IMG/VR virus record: IMGVR_UViG_3300021400_000113
Location: 104,932 to 166,678 of that record
Direction: 5' to 3' (one strand)
From: a virus
Lineage: Duplodnaviria; Heunggongvirae; Uroviricota; Caudoviricetes
DNA length: 61,747 nucleotides
Below, piece by piece: positions 38,738 through 49,748 of the stretch. Within the stretch, counting starts at the first letter, position 1. Each line of letters opens with the position of its first letter. Below the pieces are notes generated by a model, which worked only from the letters and a program-made list of their open reading frames with translations, made no database searches and was not told the origin of the DNA. The position numbers and the translations under genes are program-made.

Positions 38738-38999
38738 CAGGAGATTCTAATCCGCCAACAAGATTCATACATTCAAATACAGTTTTTCTAAAATAATCAT
38801 AAGATAAATAACGTAATGAATGTAACTTACCCATCAAGGGCCACCAATTGATTGAATTCGCGCCAAGTCCTTGTAATTCAATAATAATTGAATCAAGAAA
38901 TTTTTCCCATTCTCCATTTTTTTCTTTTTCACAAAGCAAGCCATATAAACGACCTTTTAATTTATTACGATAACCTTCAAAAATTTCATCGGATGGCAT
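38724..38999 (-). CDS. hypothetical protein (91 aa)
   Basis: MPSDEIFEGYRNKLKGRLYGLL..., overlaps both neighbours. Confidence 0.65.
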   Translation of the reverse strand: MPSDEIFEGYRNKLKGRLYGLLCEKEKNGEWEKFLDSIIIELQGLGANSINWWPLMGKLHSLRYLSYDYFRKTVFECMNLVGGLESPDELS

Positions 39000-39474
39000 T
39001 TTTCTTACCTGCCAGTTTTCCAAATAAAGCCGCCGGCCGTTTGGCTCTAGAACGATCATAAATCCCTTCGGCCTTATGTACTTCTAAAGCTATTGAGGCT
39101 TCTAATTTTATTAATTTATCTAAATGATTTGCTTGTGAAAAATCTTTATCGGCATACAACTGACGAATATTTTCCCAACTATTTATACAACGCTTTACCC
39201 ATTCATGTTTCATGTAAAGCGCTAATAGCTAAATTTCATCATTTGTTAAATCATTGACAAATTGAAATTTATGTAATGGAGAAGGATCATCTTCCTCTTT
39301 ATCTAAATTTTCAATTGTTAAGTCTACTCTTGGATATTTAAATCGGAAAATGGCTATTTTTAGAAGTTCTTGCCAGTCCCGCTCTACGATGGCCAATTCT
39401 TCTTCAAGTGTCCATTCATCCGCAGTAATGCGCCCCAAGAAGGCATCATATACTTTTAAGAAAGGAGTGGCCAT
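38986..39474 (-). CDS. head-tail adaptor-like protein (162 aa, 1 TAG)
   Basis: MATPFLKVYDAFLGRIT...LTNDEI*LLALYM joins two track ORFs. Confidence 0.75.
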
Positions 39475-39917
39475 TAAATCTCTTCTGCGTGTCTTGTATT
39501 GATTAGTTCAATAATGTCTTTATCGCAATATTTTCTAATCAATGTGACAAATCCAGAATTAGTAATTCCCTTTTCCACAGCAAGGTCAACTACTGTTTCC
39601 TTTTCTGCGGGAGCGGCAGTAGGAATAAATTTAGCAAATTCAGTAATATTCAATTCATCTAGCATCTTGGAGATTTGTTGTTTATCAAAAACATTATTGG
39701 GTAATTCTTCTACCTTTTCTTCATCTTCAAGACCGGATACGTATAGATAATGCGCCCGCACTAATGAGTTAAAACCAACATCAAATGTTAAGTCTTCGTA
39801 AGTATCCTTATCTACAATAATTGCACGACCAGGAACTAATTCACGATTTAGTTTAGCTTCGGGTACAAAAAGTGATACAGTAGCATTGCTTATATTTTTA
39901 ATTGTAATTTTATCCAT
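39474..39917 (-). CDS. hypothetical virion-associated protein (147 aa)
   Basis: GGAGG RBS, directly after the capsid terminator. Confidence 0.75.
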   Translation of the reverse strand: MDKITIKNISNATVSLFVPEAKLNRELVPGRAIIVDKDTYEDLTFDVGFNSLVRAHYLYVSGLEDEEKVEELPNNVFDKQQISKMLDELNITEFAKFIPTAAPAEKETVVDLAVEKGITNSGFVTLIRKYCDKDIIELINTRHAEEI

Positions 39918-39940
39918 AAAATATTCCTCCTTTTATCTCC

Positions 39941-39971
39941 AAAAAGAAAGGGGTGGAATTTTATCCACCCC
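39941..39971 (-). terminator. intrinsic terminator after the capsid gene
   Basis: GGGGTGGA-6 nt-TCCACCCC plus T-run on the minus strand. Confidence 0.8.
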
Positions 39972-39980
39972 ATTTATATA

Positions 39981-41057
39981 TTAGTGAGTTACACCAGTTA
40001 GATTTTCATCATATGCTTCCCAATTAGTATTTACATCCAAAGAACTATTGTAATAAATACCCCAGAAGTTTAGAGGAGAAACAAGAGCTAGACCAACCTT
40101 AGTGTAAGCTTGTAATGTAATAGAATTGTCACCTTCATGATCATTCCATTCACGGAAGTAAGAATTGCCTTCAAAGATTAGCTTAAACATCTTTTCCTTA
40201 CCAGTAGGAATTACATATGCAAAAGCAGGATTCATTACTAGCTTTTCATTTGTTTCGTCAGTGAAGGACTGAGGCATTAGAACAACAGGAACGCCCTGGA
40301 ACTTGCCTACATAACCACGTTCACGAATATCAATGACATCCTGATCGGCAATCTTAGTAGTGTTATTATAAACAATAGCATTTACCATTTCAGCCGCAAA
40401 TTCAGGTGAGCAATAGATTACTGGGCTACCATAAGCTGCAACAGTATTACAAAGTTTCTTCATAGCAGTAGGATTGAAAGCATTAGCAGCAACCTTATTA
40501 CGAGGAAGCATTTTCTTCCAAGTAGAAAGTAGCATTTCTTGAATCATTTCAAAAATACGATCTACCATACCTTCATTGATTACTTCGTATAAATCGGTAA
40601 TACTTTCCACGCCGTCTAGATAACGTTCAAAATCTACAGTACCAGCTCCGCCTAATGCGAAGATGTATAGATCAAAACGATCACGGTCTAGTCTAAAGGT
40701 TTCATAGTTACCAGATTCAGTAGCGCGAGTAACAAACTGCTTGCCACGTTGTTTTCCGCGAGTTACATAAAATTCTGGACGACTGCCTTGTGGCACACGC
40801 ATAACTTCAGTAAACATATCTAGAGCAGAAGTTAGACTCTGAGGTAGAACTTCATCTAGATTTTGTGATAATAGTTCAAATAGATCAATCTTATTACGCT
40901 CAAACTTATAACGATTTAGACGACCATTTTCATCACAAAGTAATTTCTTTAGCTCATCATGTAGAGCGGCTTCATAATCATAATCGGCGGCCGCGAACTC
41001 AGCGGGGACTTTACGTCCGAATACGCCATTCATTAAAACTTTTAGATCATTATTCAT
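39981..41057 (-). CDS. major capsid protein
   Basis: 358 aa after the scaffold/decoration genes; strong RBS; no TAG; followed by a terminator; assigned from synteny and size. Confidence 0.8.
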   Translation of the reverse strand: MNNDLKVLMNGVFGRKVPAEFAAADYDYEAALHDELKKLLCDENGRLNRYKFERNKIDLFELLSQNLDEVLPQSLTSALDMFTEVMRVPQGSRPEFYVTRGKQRGKQFVTRATESGNYETFRLDRDRFDLYIFALGGAGTVDFERYLDGVESITDLYEVINEGMVDRIFEMIQEMLLSTWKKMLPRNKVAANAFNPTAMKKLCNTVAAYGSPVIYCSPEFAAEMVNAIVYNNTTKIADQDVIDIRERGYVGKFQGVPVVLMPQSFTDETNEKLVMNPAFAYVIPTGKEKMFKLIFEGNSYFREWNDHEGDNSITLQAYTKVGLALVSPLNFWGIYYNSSLDVNTNWEAYDENLTGVTH

Positions 41058-41074
41058 AAGTCCGCACCTCCTTA

Positions 41075-41680
41075 TTATAGACTTATAATCTGATACTTAA
41101 CGCCTTTTTCGCCGTTAGGTACAGTATAGAATTTTACAACTTTAGCATAAATACCAGAATTAGGTTTAGTAGCAGTAATCTTGGGAACTGCTTTTGCATA
41201 AGCTTCAGTAGCAGCTACACCGGGTACTACATATAGAGGAGTAGTATCAATAGCTTCTAGTGCAGTAAATAGAACTTCATCAGAAGTCTTTTCACTACCA
41301 GTAGTAGTTACAGCGGCAAATTCAGTATCGTCATATTGTAGACAATTTGTAGTTACAGTATCGCCAATACCAAATAATCCAACACGAGGATAATCGCCAG
41401 CGATTTTACGTCCAAAGGTCTTTAAACCATAATGGAAAATATCATATTCTTTTTCTGTGGTATATACAATACCAATTGGTTTATCAGTTGCGGCAGCAGG
41501 GGCGTTAATAGCACCAGCAGCTTTGTCGCCAACAACCCACATACCGTTTTCACAAGGATGTTCCTTAGTAAATGCCTCTCCGAGAGGAGTTTGAGATACA
41601 ACCATACCAGTCTTAGGGAACGCTACTTGATTTAGTTCTAGACTAGCATATTGTTCACATGGAAATCTTTTCATGCTCAT
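41075..41680 (-). CDS. capsid decoration/stabilising protein
   Basis: 201 aa, YASLELNQVAF..CENG.., between scaffold and capsid genes; no TAG. Confidence 0.6.
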   Translation of the reverse strand: MSMKRFPCEQYASLELNQVAFPKTGMVVSQTPLGEAFTKEHPCENGMWVVGDKAAGAINAPAAATDKPIGIVYTTEKEYDIFHYGLKTFGRKIAGDYPRVGLFGIGDTVTTNCLQYDDTEFAAVTTTGSEKTSDEVLFTALEAIDTTPLYVVPGVAATEAYAKAVPKITATKPNSGIYAKVVKFYTVPNGEKGVKYQIISL

Positions 41681-41697
41681 AATTTATTCCCTCCTAA

Positions 41698-42945
41698 TTA
41701 TTTCTTATACTTTTCAATAAGTAAAGCGAAAGAAGATCTATTATCAGGTTCTGGTAGGGGTACTTTCTTAGTTTCCTCTTTACCAGTCATTTGCTTGTTG
41801 GCAAAAGCAATAGCTAATTTACCTTCTAGCTCGTCATATGAGAAGTCATTAATCCTGGCTCTAATTGGGTTAATTTCTTCTTCTTCCAAAAGTTTTTCAT
41901 AATTTTCAATTAAATTATTTTTCTTTTCCACAGCAATATTATTTAATTGTGCTTCATAGTTAGATACAGTAGCTTGTAATTGTGCGTTTTGAGCGCGAAG
42001 GCTTTCAAGTTCTGTATTGGTAGCTTCCACGCTTGCTTCTAGTTCTTGAATGCGAGCATTCGCCGCGTCAAATTGTTGTTGTAGCGCACTATTGGCGTTA
42101 TGTAAATCTGTACATTGCTGCTGTAGGGCTTCAAATTCGACGTTATTGTTTTCTTCCGCGGCTGGCTCTTGTTGTTCGGGCTCAGTAACTACTGGCTCTG
42201 CAACTGTGGAGGGCTCTGCCGCAGGTTCTTGAAACGTGGCAGGTTCTTGTCCCTGCACGTTATTCTCTAAATTATCCATCTGTACTTCTCCTCCTTTTAT
42301 ATTTTTTTCAGCCTCTTCAACCAATGCTTTTAATTCAAATAAAAGTGAAGAGAACTTTTCATATTGTGATTCATATTTATCTTCATTCGCAGAAAAGAAT
42401 GAAGAAGCTGAAAAGCAGGGTTCGTGACTCCCAATCACACATAAACCTCGCATATCACCTTTTGTATAAACGAAGTATTCTTCTCCATCAAAGTTGGCCC
42501 AATCTCCCACGATTGTTTCTGGCTTTAATTCCATACTTTGATGCTGTCCAATAATTTTTTTAGCTTCATCATAATAGCCAGTAAATAAGACAACAGAAAA
42601 GACAGCATAATCTCTTGTAATACCATCGCTATCTTTTAATGGCTTCCATCCTATAAAATCTTCAATATACCCGTAGCCATTGGCTAATAGCGGGCCGGTA
42701 TGTGAAGCCCATGCTTCTGTTTCTGGATCAAAGAAGCCTACTACTGGAGTATCTCCATGAGTCGCGGATTCTATTAAATAATTTGCATATTCATCAGTAA
42801 TATATGAGCCATTACGATTTTTATATTTATAGAATACCCCAACTTGTAAGCGATTACCATTTTCTTCTTTTCCATCAAGAGCAATTTCTTGGACAGGAGA
42901 ATCAAGAATTATAGTATCAAAATAAATAGGTATCTTTCTTTCCAT
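41698..42945 (-). CDS. prohead protease/scaffold protein
   Basis: N-terminal protease-like region (HQSMEL, GLCVIG..EPCF), acidic linker, long coiled coil; no TAG. Confidence 0.65.
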   Translation of the reverse strand: MERKIPIYFDTIILDSPVQEIALDGKEENGNRLQVGVFYKYKNRNGSYITDEYANYLIESATHGDTPVVGFFDPETEAWASHTGPLLANGYGYIEDFIGWKPLKDSDGITRDYAVFSVVLFTGYYDEAKKIIGQHQSMELKPETIVGDWANFDGEEYFVYTKGDMRGLCVIGSHEPCFSASSFFSANEDKYESQYEKFSSLLFELKALVEEAEKNIKGGEVQMDNLENNVQGQEPATFQEPAAEPSTVAEPVVTEPEQQEPAAEENNNVEFEALQQQCTDLHNANSALQQQFDAANARIQELEASVEATNTELESLRAQNAQLQATVSNYEAQLNNIAVEKKNNLIENYEKLLEEEEINPIRARINDFSYDELEGKLAIAFANKQMTGKEETKKVPLPEPDNRSSFALLIEKYKK

Positions 42946-42956
42946 AATTATTCTCC

Positions 42957-44522
42957 TTAACCTGCGGCCGCGATATTGGCCTGGGTCTTTTCAGATTTTT
43001 GTTCATCAGGAAGTTCTGGACGTCCTCCTGTATTATTTATGTTGCCACTTGACTACCCACTATTACTTTTTTGCGCGGATGAGCTAGTTTTTTCTTCTCC
43101 CGCTACTACATTTCCAGAAGTAGTATATGAAGATTGTAGTGGTATCATCTTTTCTGACATCTTTAAGAAATCATTTTCAAAATCCATTAAACTTAATTGA
43201 CTCATTTGCTTAATTCCCATAGCCACACCCGCAAACATTTTAGAATATCCATATTGCGCGCCACGGAAATAAGCAGTTTGTAAATCTTGTCTGTTAAAAG
43301 CAGTTGTCGGTAAAATTTCAAAATCAAATGTTAATCCCTTGCGCGAAAAAATATTATTTAAATGATATTTAATCCATGTTTCATATACATTTAAATAACC
43401 CGTCATTAAACTTTCATCTTTTTTAATCATATAAGCCAATGAGGAACTCCCATCTGGATTAAATAATATATTACCTCGTCCTAGGGCATCCCAAGCATTT
43501 TTACGATACTTTTCAATACGGTCAGCAGACTAAGAAGCCGCGCTTGTTTCTTGTAAACTCTCTAATTCAGTATCACCAAATGTAGTTAATACATCAACTG
43601 TGTCTATATCTCCTAACATACTAGCAACACTAGCATGCATTTCTGCCGCTTCATCTAGCTAGAATACAAGTTCACCATCTTTATCTACTGGTAACTATTG
43701 AATTAATAATTTATATAATTCATTTTCATCACGCTTTTCCTCGCGACCAATAGCATCATCTAATTTTTTTAAGGCTGGAATACTAGCAATTAAAAGTGGA
43801 GTCTAATCATTTGGAAAACAGAAACAAATGCCTCCTCCGCCCGCACCAATCATTACCCAGGGATCTGTCTTTTTCTTTGAACGAATCCATTCTATCCAAG
43901 CGCGTCTTACATCTTCTGGAAAAGAATTGATTACTTCTTCGCGCACAGCAGAATCAGTAAAACGTTCAAAATATAGAAGATTAAGTTCAAGTATATTTAA
44001 ATTATTAAAATCCTTAAAGCGTGTACGACAAAACTCTACTGGTAAGTCTTGAATGACGGGCTTATTATTTTCTATTCTCAGTATACCATAATAAATACCA
44101 TTTTTAAGCCATTCAGTAGTAATATTAGCAAAAGTATTTGGGACATCTAATTTATCAACAAAATCGCAAGCATTATAAAATGCCTTTATAATTTGTGTCT
44201 TCGATCCTTTGCCTCCTTCAAAATTAGGAATTATAACAGTATCATAAAGTGGCAGATGCGCGAGAAAATCAATATTACTTCTATACTCACTATTGGTTCT
44301 ATAAAAATATTTAGATAATGCACGTAAAGCAACTATATCTCCATTACGAATTATTTCATAAATTTCTTCTAATGTAAAATCACGAGCTACTGGATCACGA
44401 GAACTTATACGCCATCCTCTATAATCATAACTACGGTCGGAGAGAGGCGCACGAGGAATTGATGCTACCTTTCTTTTAAATGTGACAAAATCATAAGGCT
44501 ATCTTTTTTTATTTTCTTCCAC
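42957..44522 (-). CDS. portal protein (521 aa, TAG-recoded)
   Basis: GTG start after GGGGTG; follows the terminase; acidic C-terminal tail ...PLQSSYT..GGRPELPDEQKSEKT. Confidence 0.78.
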
Positions 44523-44527
44523 TTAAC

Positions 44528-46315
44528 TCACCCCCTTTTTCTTGGAGTAAAAAATGTATACTAAGAAAAATCACGTTTGTTCTTTTTCTTTAAAGCTAAA
44601 TCTTCATAATATTTTACACGATATAGTCCATATTCAAGCGCAGAAAAACGGTCCTTTTCTAATGAATGAGAAATGCGTTCAACTTTAAATTGATTCTAAA
44701 TTCCAGTTGGTTTTAGCCGCAAGTTATTTAATTCGTCCATTAAACGAGAAGTCATTTCATATGGCATTAAATAAATACGTCTATCAATTGGAGTCATTTT
44801 TTGACCGCGCTTTGTCTATAATAGTCTATCCCTTACAATACGTTCGTGTGCTAAGAAAGAGACAGAGCCATTATTTATCTAGGTAAAAAAATTGGAATTG
44901 ATTGCGTCATCATTAGATGAGCCCGCTTTTATATCATATATAATTGCGTTATATTCAGGCCAAGGAGCTTCTCCCTCATTTTTCTTTTCAGGAGGTAAAT
45001 GATGGTCGTTATTAAATGCGTAATATGAAGGAAATTGTTCTCCTGTTTTTGCATCAAAAGAAGGAACAACCATGGCATCTAATAATCCAATACCAGGGCC
45101 GTTGCCGTCAATAACAATTTCTTTTGGATTATATAATTGTATTAGCTTTTTTAAACGAGGGGCTTGTTCGGTTATATAGTTAGCTCCATGAATAACTTCT
45201 GTATAAACAATATTTTTTCTAAACCCATTATCATTAGGAATAACTTTAATAACTATTACAGCGGTATTAGCAGAATATCTAGCTACGTCAACCCCTATCA
45301 CATAAAATGTCTTCGGATTAGCAGGATTCTACTATGCTTTCCGCTCACATTTTAATAAAGTTCTTCTTTTATTTAATCTTCTTGAATCTAACCAAGCATC
45401 TTTATTATTTCCAGTCCAAATAGATAAAGATTCACGCGCAAAACTCTCTTCATTCATTGTAGAGGAATTACGCTGATCTTCCATCATTTTCTTATTTATA
45501 ATACCATAATATAATGGAACTTCATATGAAAGGCCCCATACAAAATAATCTTCTGGATGGAGAATAGCATTAATAGTACATTCAATAAGTTTACCATACA
45601 TAAATACAATACGTTCGCGCGCGGTTGTTATGAAGGTTTGAGTTGATACGGGTTCTTCTGGATTTAAGGTTCCGTCAACTTCGCGGCGAGGTACGTTCAT
45701 TTGAGGCAATAAAACTTCATTATAGTCTTCTTCTTCAATTGTCGCAGCTTCTTCTAAAATGCCCGCAGTCGCGCGAAGACCACGACTTGTATCTTTTGAT
45801 ACAACTGTTATACTGCTACCATTTTTAAAATGTAATTCATAATAGTTGCCACTTTTCTTTTGTCCAGTCTTTCCATCGTCTTGCTAAGTTGTAAGTTCAC
45901 GACGCAAAATAGGCCAATGCTTGAAAAATTCTTCAAACTTGGCTTCTGCGGTTTTAATAACCGTGCCCTTAATATCTGAAGCAATAAATATGTTAGAGTT
46001 AGGTAGTAGAATTGCTTTTACCAACGCGCTTAAATAAGCGGTAAATGATTTTGATGTCGCGCGCGTGGCCGTCCAAAAATGATAACGATAACGCATACTT
46101 GCGCGCAGCGCTATGCGTTGAAAAGGCTATAAATGCCAATGTTTAGCATCTTCTGTATCTTGAAGTGTATCTAACATTAAGTCTGGATAAAGTATCCATA
46201 AATTTAAATATTTTGTAAAAAGTTCTTGATTCGCATCTAAAAAGTCCTTTGTTAAAACTACGCCTTTCTCAATAGGGATACCATCACGTAGTACGACTTC
46301 CTAATAATCATTCAT
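44528..46315 (-). CDS. terminase large subunit (595 aa, TAG-recoded)
   Basis: H L*PFQ, Walker A-like TATRATSKS, SRGLRATAGILEEAA (Walker B), nuclease IGVDVAR, C-terminal KDRFSALEYG. Confidence 0.88.
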
Positions 46316-47255
46316 CGTACCCTCCCCCTTGTAATTCAACCGCGAGCTCATCTTCATCTTCATATTCAACATCAGCGGTTTCATCAAACTCAACTTTTTC
46401 GTTTTCAATTTGTTCAAGGCGTTCAGTCATATTATATTGGTCGCGCTTTGATTCAACCTATTCCGCAAAATTACCCTCATTAATAACAAGGCGCTTTAAA
46501 TAATTTTGAATATTCTCCATCATAAAGTCAATAGAATCTTGCGGTTCAGTATGCCATTTTGGATGCCACCCTTTCTTGCCATAATAGACCATAAGCTCTC
46601 CAATAGATTCAAAATCTGCCGCGTTTTTCGCATTGGAGGCTTCAAAGTGTGCCATTTTAATAATATTGTCACGGGCGTCCATTAATTTTTTAACATCCTA
46701 TCCACTACGCAGTCCATTCTTAATTTGTAATTCTGTTTCGCATAGATCGCGCGCGTAATGCTTTAAAATTGGCGTTGATACATTCTATGTGGCTACAATT
46801 GCATTATAAAAATCTTCCAAAAATAAAAGCTCTTCTTTTGTATAGGTTGGCGCCCATTCCTTTTTAAGCCGCCGCAATTTAGCCTCATTTAAAACTTCAA
46901 TTTCCTCATCAATTATGCCTTCTTCGCGCGCGAGGCGCCAACGTTCATTTTCATCGGCCCATTGAAGCGCGGCATAATGGTCATCAAATAATAGGTTAAA
47001 GTAGGCCGATAATGTATGCTCTTTATGTGTCTTATAAAGCGATGTCCATTTATTTAGGTCAAATGGAATGTCTAAGTAACGACAAAGTCTATCAACTTCT
47101 CCTAAATTTTCCTAATCAATCATGCGTTCAAGGCACTAAGTGCAAATAAGAGAACGATGGCCGGGAAAGAAGTTAGATGGAGTTCGCGCGAATTGAATTT
47201 CAGGCTTTTCCTCCTTGCATTTCAGACATTTGCGTTTCTTTACTTCTTCTGTCAT
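46308..47255 (-). CDS. hypothetical protein with N-terminal Zn finger, possible terminase small subunit (315 aa, TAG-recoded)
   Basis: CLKC..CT*C; overlaps the terminase start; role inferred from position only. Confidence 0.65.
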
Positions 47256-48522
47256 TTAATCCTTGCCCTCCTTTTTCTATTCTACGTTTTTTCTCGCACT
47301 CTTTACAATTAGAAGAAAGTCCATCTTTGCGGCTACGATTGCGCACAAAGAATAAGGGCGAAGCGGGTAAAGTGCGTCCGCAGGCTTTGCATACTTTTCT
47401 CTAATCAAGTGGAGTATCTATTAGAGAGTGATATTTCTAGGCGGCAAGTGCTATTTTTTCTGGGATTTCTTTTGATAAAATTGTACATAAATGATTTTCA
47501 TTATATTTAAGCCCATACTTAATTTGTAAGTTTTCTACAATTTCAATATAGGGCATTTTCTCAATTTTTCTATCTAATATATACTACCTAACTTCTGTTA
47601 GGTCTGCCATATCGCGATAGCGCTCAAAATCAAAAATTAGAGTGCGGCCGTAGGTATCAAGTTTTTCATAAACCTAATCATACAGCATATCGTAATTATT
47701 AATAAGGGCGCGAACGTGTTTTGGATCCTCCCAGTTAAAGGTGTGGCGGCGTATCATCCACTTAACTTCTATATTTCCCTAATCATCTACCCGGGTCTCA
47801 TAGTCCTCTATGTTTTTGGATATAGTGCGTAGTGATTCTTCAACACGGCGTTGCCATTCTTCATATGAAATCCAATAGAAAGAGTCGCAAGTCCAATCGT
47901 AGAAAGCGGGGTGCGGGTGGTCCATATTTTGGAAATGAAGAGTGGGTTTATAGGCATCGCGCAAATAGTATTGATGACGCCGCACATCAATTAGCATATG
48001 TTCTAGTTGGTATAGGCGATAGCTATCATCTAAAATTGTTGTAGTTTCGTCTGGTGGTACGCGCCCCTTATTAACTGCGACGACATGTTCTAGGTGGTCA
48101 ATACATTCCCAAATTTGCTACATGCCGGGAATATCACCGTCGCCAATATCAATAAGTTCGCCTGTTTTTTTATCGTATTTTGGGCGCTTAATTTCTTGCT
48201 TTTTCTTTGTATAAACTTGGCGTGTATTTGAAGGTTTAAGTGATTGTTGGTCCGCCATTGGATTTTCAAGCATTTCATCCAATGATAAAAGTTTATCGTC
48301 CATGCGCTTGTAGCTGCCGTAGCGCTTGTTGCCGTCGGTAGTTTCACCACGCTAAACTGCGTTTAAACCATTCTCATCTTTACCATATAAAATATATGAA
48401 CCCATCTATTCAAGTTCGGTTTCGGTTGGATCGGTATCTAATGTATCTAATATATCTTTAACAGCTTGAACACGGTCAATATCGCGTTCAACGCTATAAT
48501 CTAATGAGTATTTTTTCTTCAA
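47200..48522 (-). CDS. hypothetical protein with C-terminal CxxC..CxxC finger (440 aa, TAG-recoded)
   Basis: TTG start after GGAGGTG; track fragments 48406, 48118 and 47779 in one frame; CKACGRTL..RKDGLSSNCKEC. Confidence 0.7.
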
Positions 48523-48561
48523 TAAAGTCACCTCCGGGGCATTGGTTCCCCAACTACTTAT

Positions 48562-48591
48562 ATTATAACATATTGAATAACTGGGTGTCAA
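48562..48591 (-). promoter_or_regulatory. leftward promoter heading the morphogenesis module
   Basis: Minus strand TTGACA-17 bp-TATAAT (TGTTATAAT). Confidence 0.75.
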
Positions 48592-48794
48592 GTATTTGGG
48601 GGATAGTTCAAAATTTTTCGGGTGAGAGATGATTGGGACGGGGCCTATTGTTCGGATTTGTCGTTTTTGGTTTTCCCGTATACATGCCCCCGGTACTGGC
48701 GTCCTATTTTTGTGCAGGTCGTACAGAAAAGCGCTGGCTTTTTGTGCACTATGCCGAACCTTCAAATTTTCCCGCGAAAAAGCGAAAAAAGGGC

Positions 48795-48822
48795 TTGCAA
48801 TTCCCGCGGGGTGTGGTATAAT
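48795..48822 (+). promoter_or_regulatory. rightward promoter for the 48917 gene
   Basis: TTGCAA-16 bp-TATAAT with extended TG; no palindrome upstream. Confidence 0.6.
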
Positions 48823-48916
48823 ACAGATGTTCCCGGGAGGACGGGCAGCCAGCGACGATATGAGCGGGCCGATACCTGCGGGATACACCATAACTATATT
48901 ATAGGAGGGATTCACC

Positions 48917-49510
48917 ATGTTGAAATCTAAGGAAAAGGGCTATTGTCAAAAGACTCTGACCGAGCTGGAGCTTGCAATGGAAGCACGTTATGAGCTGGAG
49001 CGTGAAAAGGGCTCGACCGCTGAACGTTTCGACGTTTCCGCGAAAGGCATCGAGGTGCGGGTGCGCCACCATGTTCAGACCCGCGGCATCTCCAGCAAAG
49101 CCGATTTTCGCGCAAGAGCGGAAGGAAAAGCTGACGGTTACCTGTTCATCAATGGCAAGCGTTACGCCTATGATGTAAAGACAGGTGGCACGGTCGGGAA
49201 GCCCCAGCAGGATGGGAGCTGGGATGAAAGCGACATCCTGCCGTCCGCTCCATACGTCATCTTTCCTATCATTGACATCATCAAAACGGATGACGACATC
49301 CTTGATGAAAGCGTGATTTTCACGCGGAAGCAGTGGCTGGAGCTGTGCGCCAACTGTTCACGGAAAGGACTGGCTGGCACCTTCCACGTGACCGGAAGGT
49401 CTCCCGTGATTGCCTTCCAGCCGACCCCGTTGAATAAGCTCCGCCGCATGGTAGAGGAAATGCTTAACAACGGCGATGGCTGGGTCCTGCGTGACTATGA
49501 AGCCACCTAA
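48917..49510 (+). CDS. hypothetical protein with a PD-(D/E)xK-like motif
   Basis: AGGAGG RBS; ADGYLFINGKRYAYDVKTG; GC-rich codons. Confidence 0.6.
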   Translation: MLKSKEKGYCQKTLTELELAMEARYELEREKGSTAERFDVSAKGIEVRVRHHVQTRGISSKADFRARAEGKADGYLFINGKRYAYDVKTGGTVGKPQQDGSWDESDILPSAPYVIFPIIDIIKTDDDILDESVIFTRKQWLELCANCSRKGLAGTFHVTGRSPVIAFQPTPLNKLRRMVEEMLNNGDGWVLRDYEAT

Positions 49511-49569
49511 CAGGAACAGCGGGGGCAGGGCGCGAGCCCTGCCCCAGCAAAAGAATGGAGGAAAGACCC

Positions 49570-49704
49570 ATGAAGTATGAAGTCATTTTCAACCCTGTGC
49601 GCAAGCTGTATTGCGTATGGGGAGTCGGCACCCGTGGTGCCGAGCTGGTAAAGACTTTCAAGACTGAAAGCGCCGCAAAACGCTGGATAGTAAGCAAGGG
49701 CTGA
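49570..49704 (+). CDS. 44-aa hypothetical protein
   Basis: GGAGG RBS; MKYEVIFNPVRKLYCVWG... Confidence 0.55.
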   Translation: MKYEVIFNPVRKLYCVWGVGTRGAELVKTFKTESAAKRWIVSKG

Positions 49705-49748
49705 AAAGCCCTTGCAAGCAAGACAAGCTGAAAGAGGAGGAAAACAAA

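Noticed and set aside
15555-47404. Plus-strand track ORFs within the morphogenesis module (e.g. 15555-15908, 24815-25093, 39499-39750, 42050-42554, 47177-47404)
   Set aside because: They are antisense shadows of long minus-strand genes, without RBS or motifs.
14486-48522. Decayed prophage/pseudogenes suggested by the fragmented ORF track
   Set aside because: The fragments of each gene are in one frame and are broken only by TAG, never by frameshift or TAA/TGA, and catalytic motifs are intact.
48523-48930. Track ORFs across the junction (N-terminus of 48406-48918; 48622-48930; 48629-48904; 48633-48821)
   Set aside because: They span two promoters and lack RBSs; the real leftward start is the TTG at 48522 after GGAGGTG.
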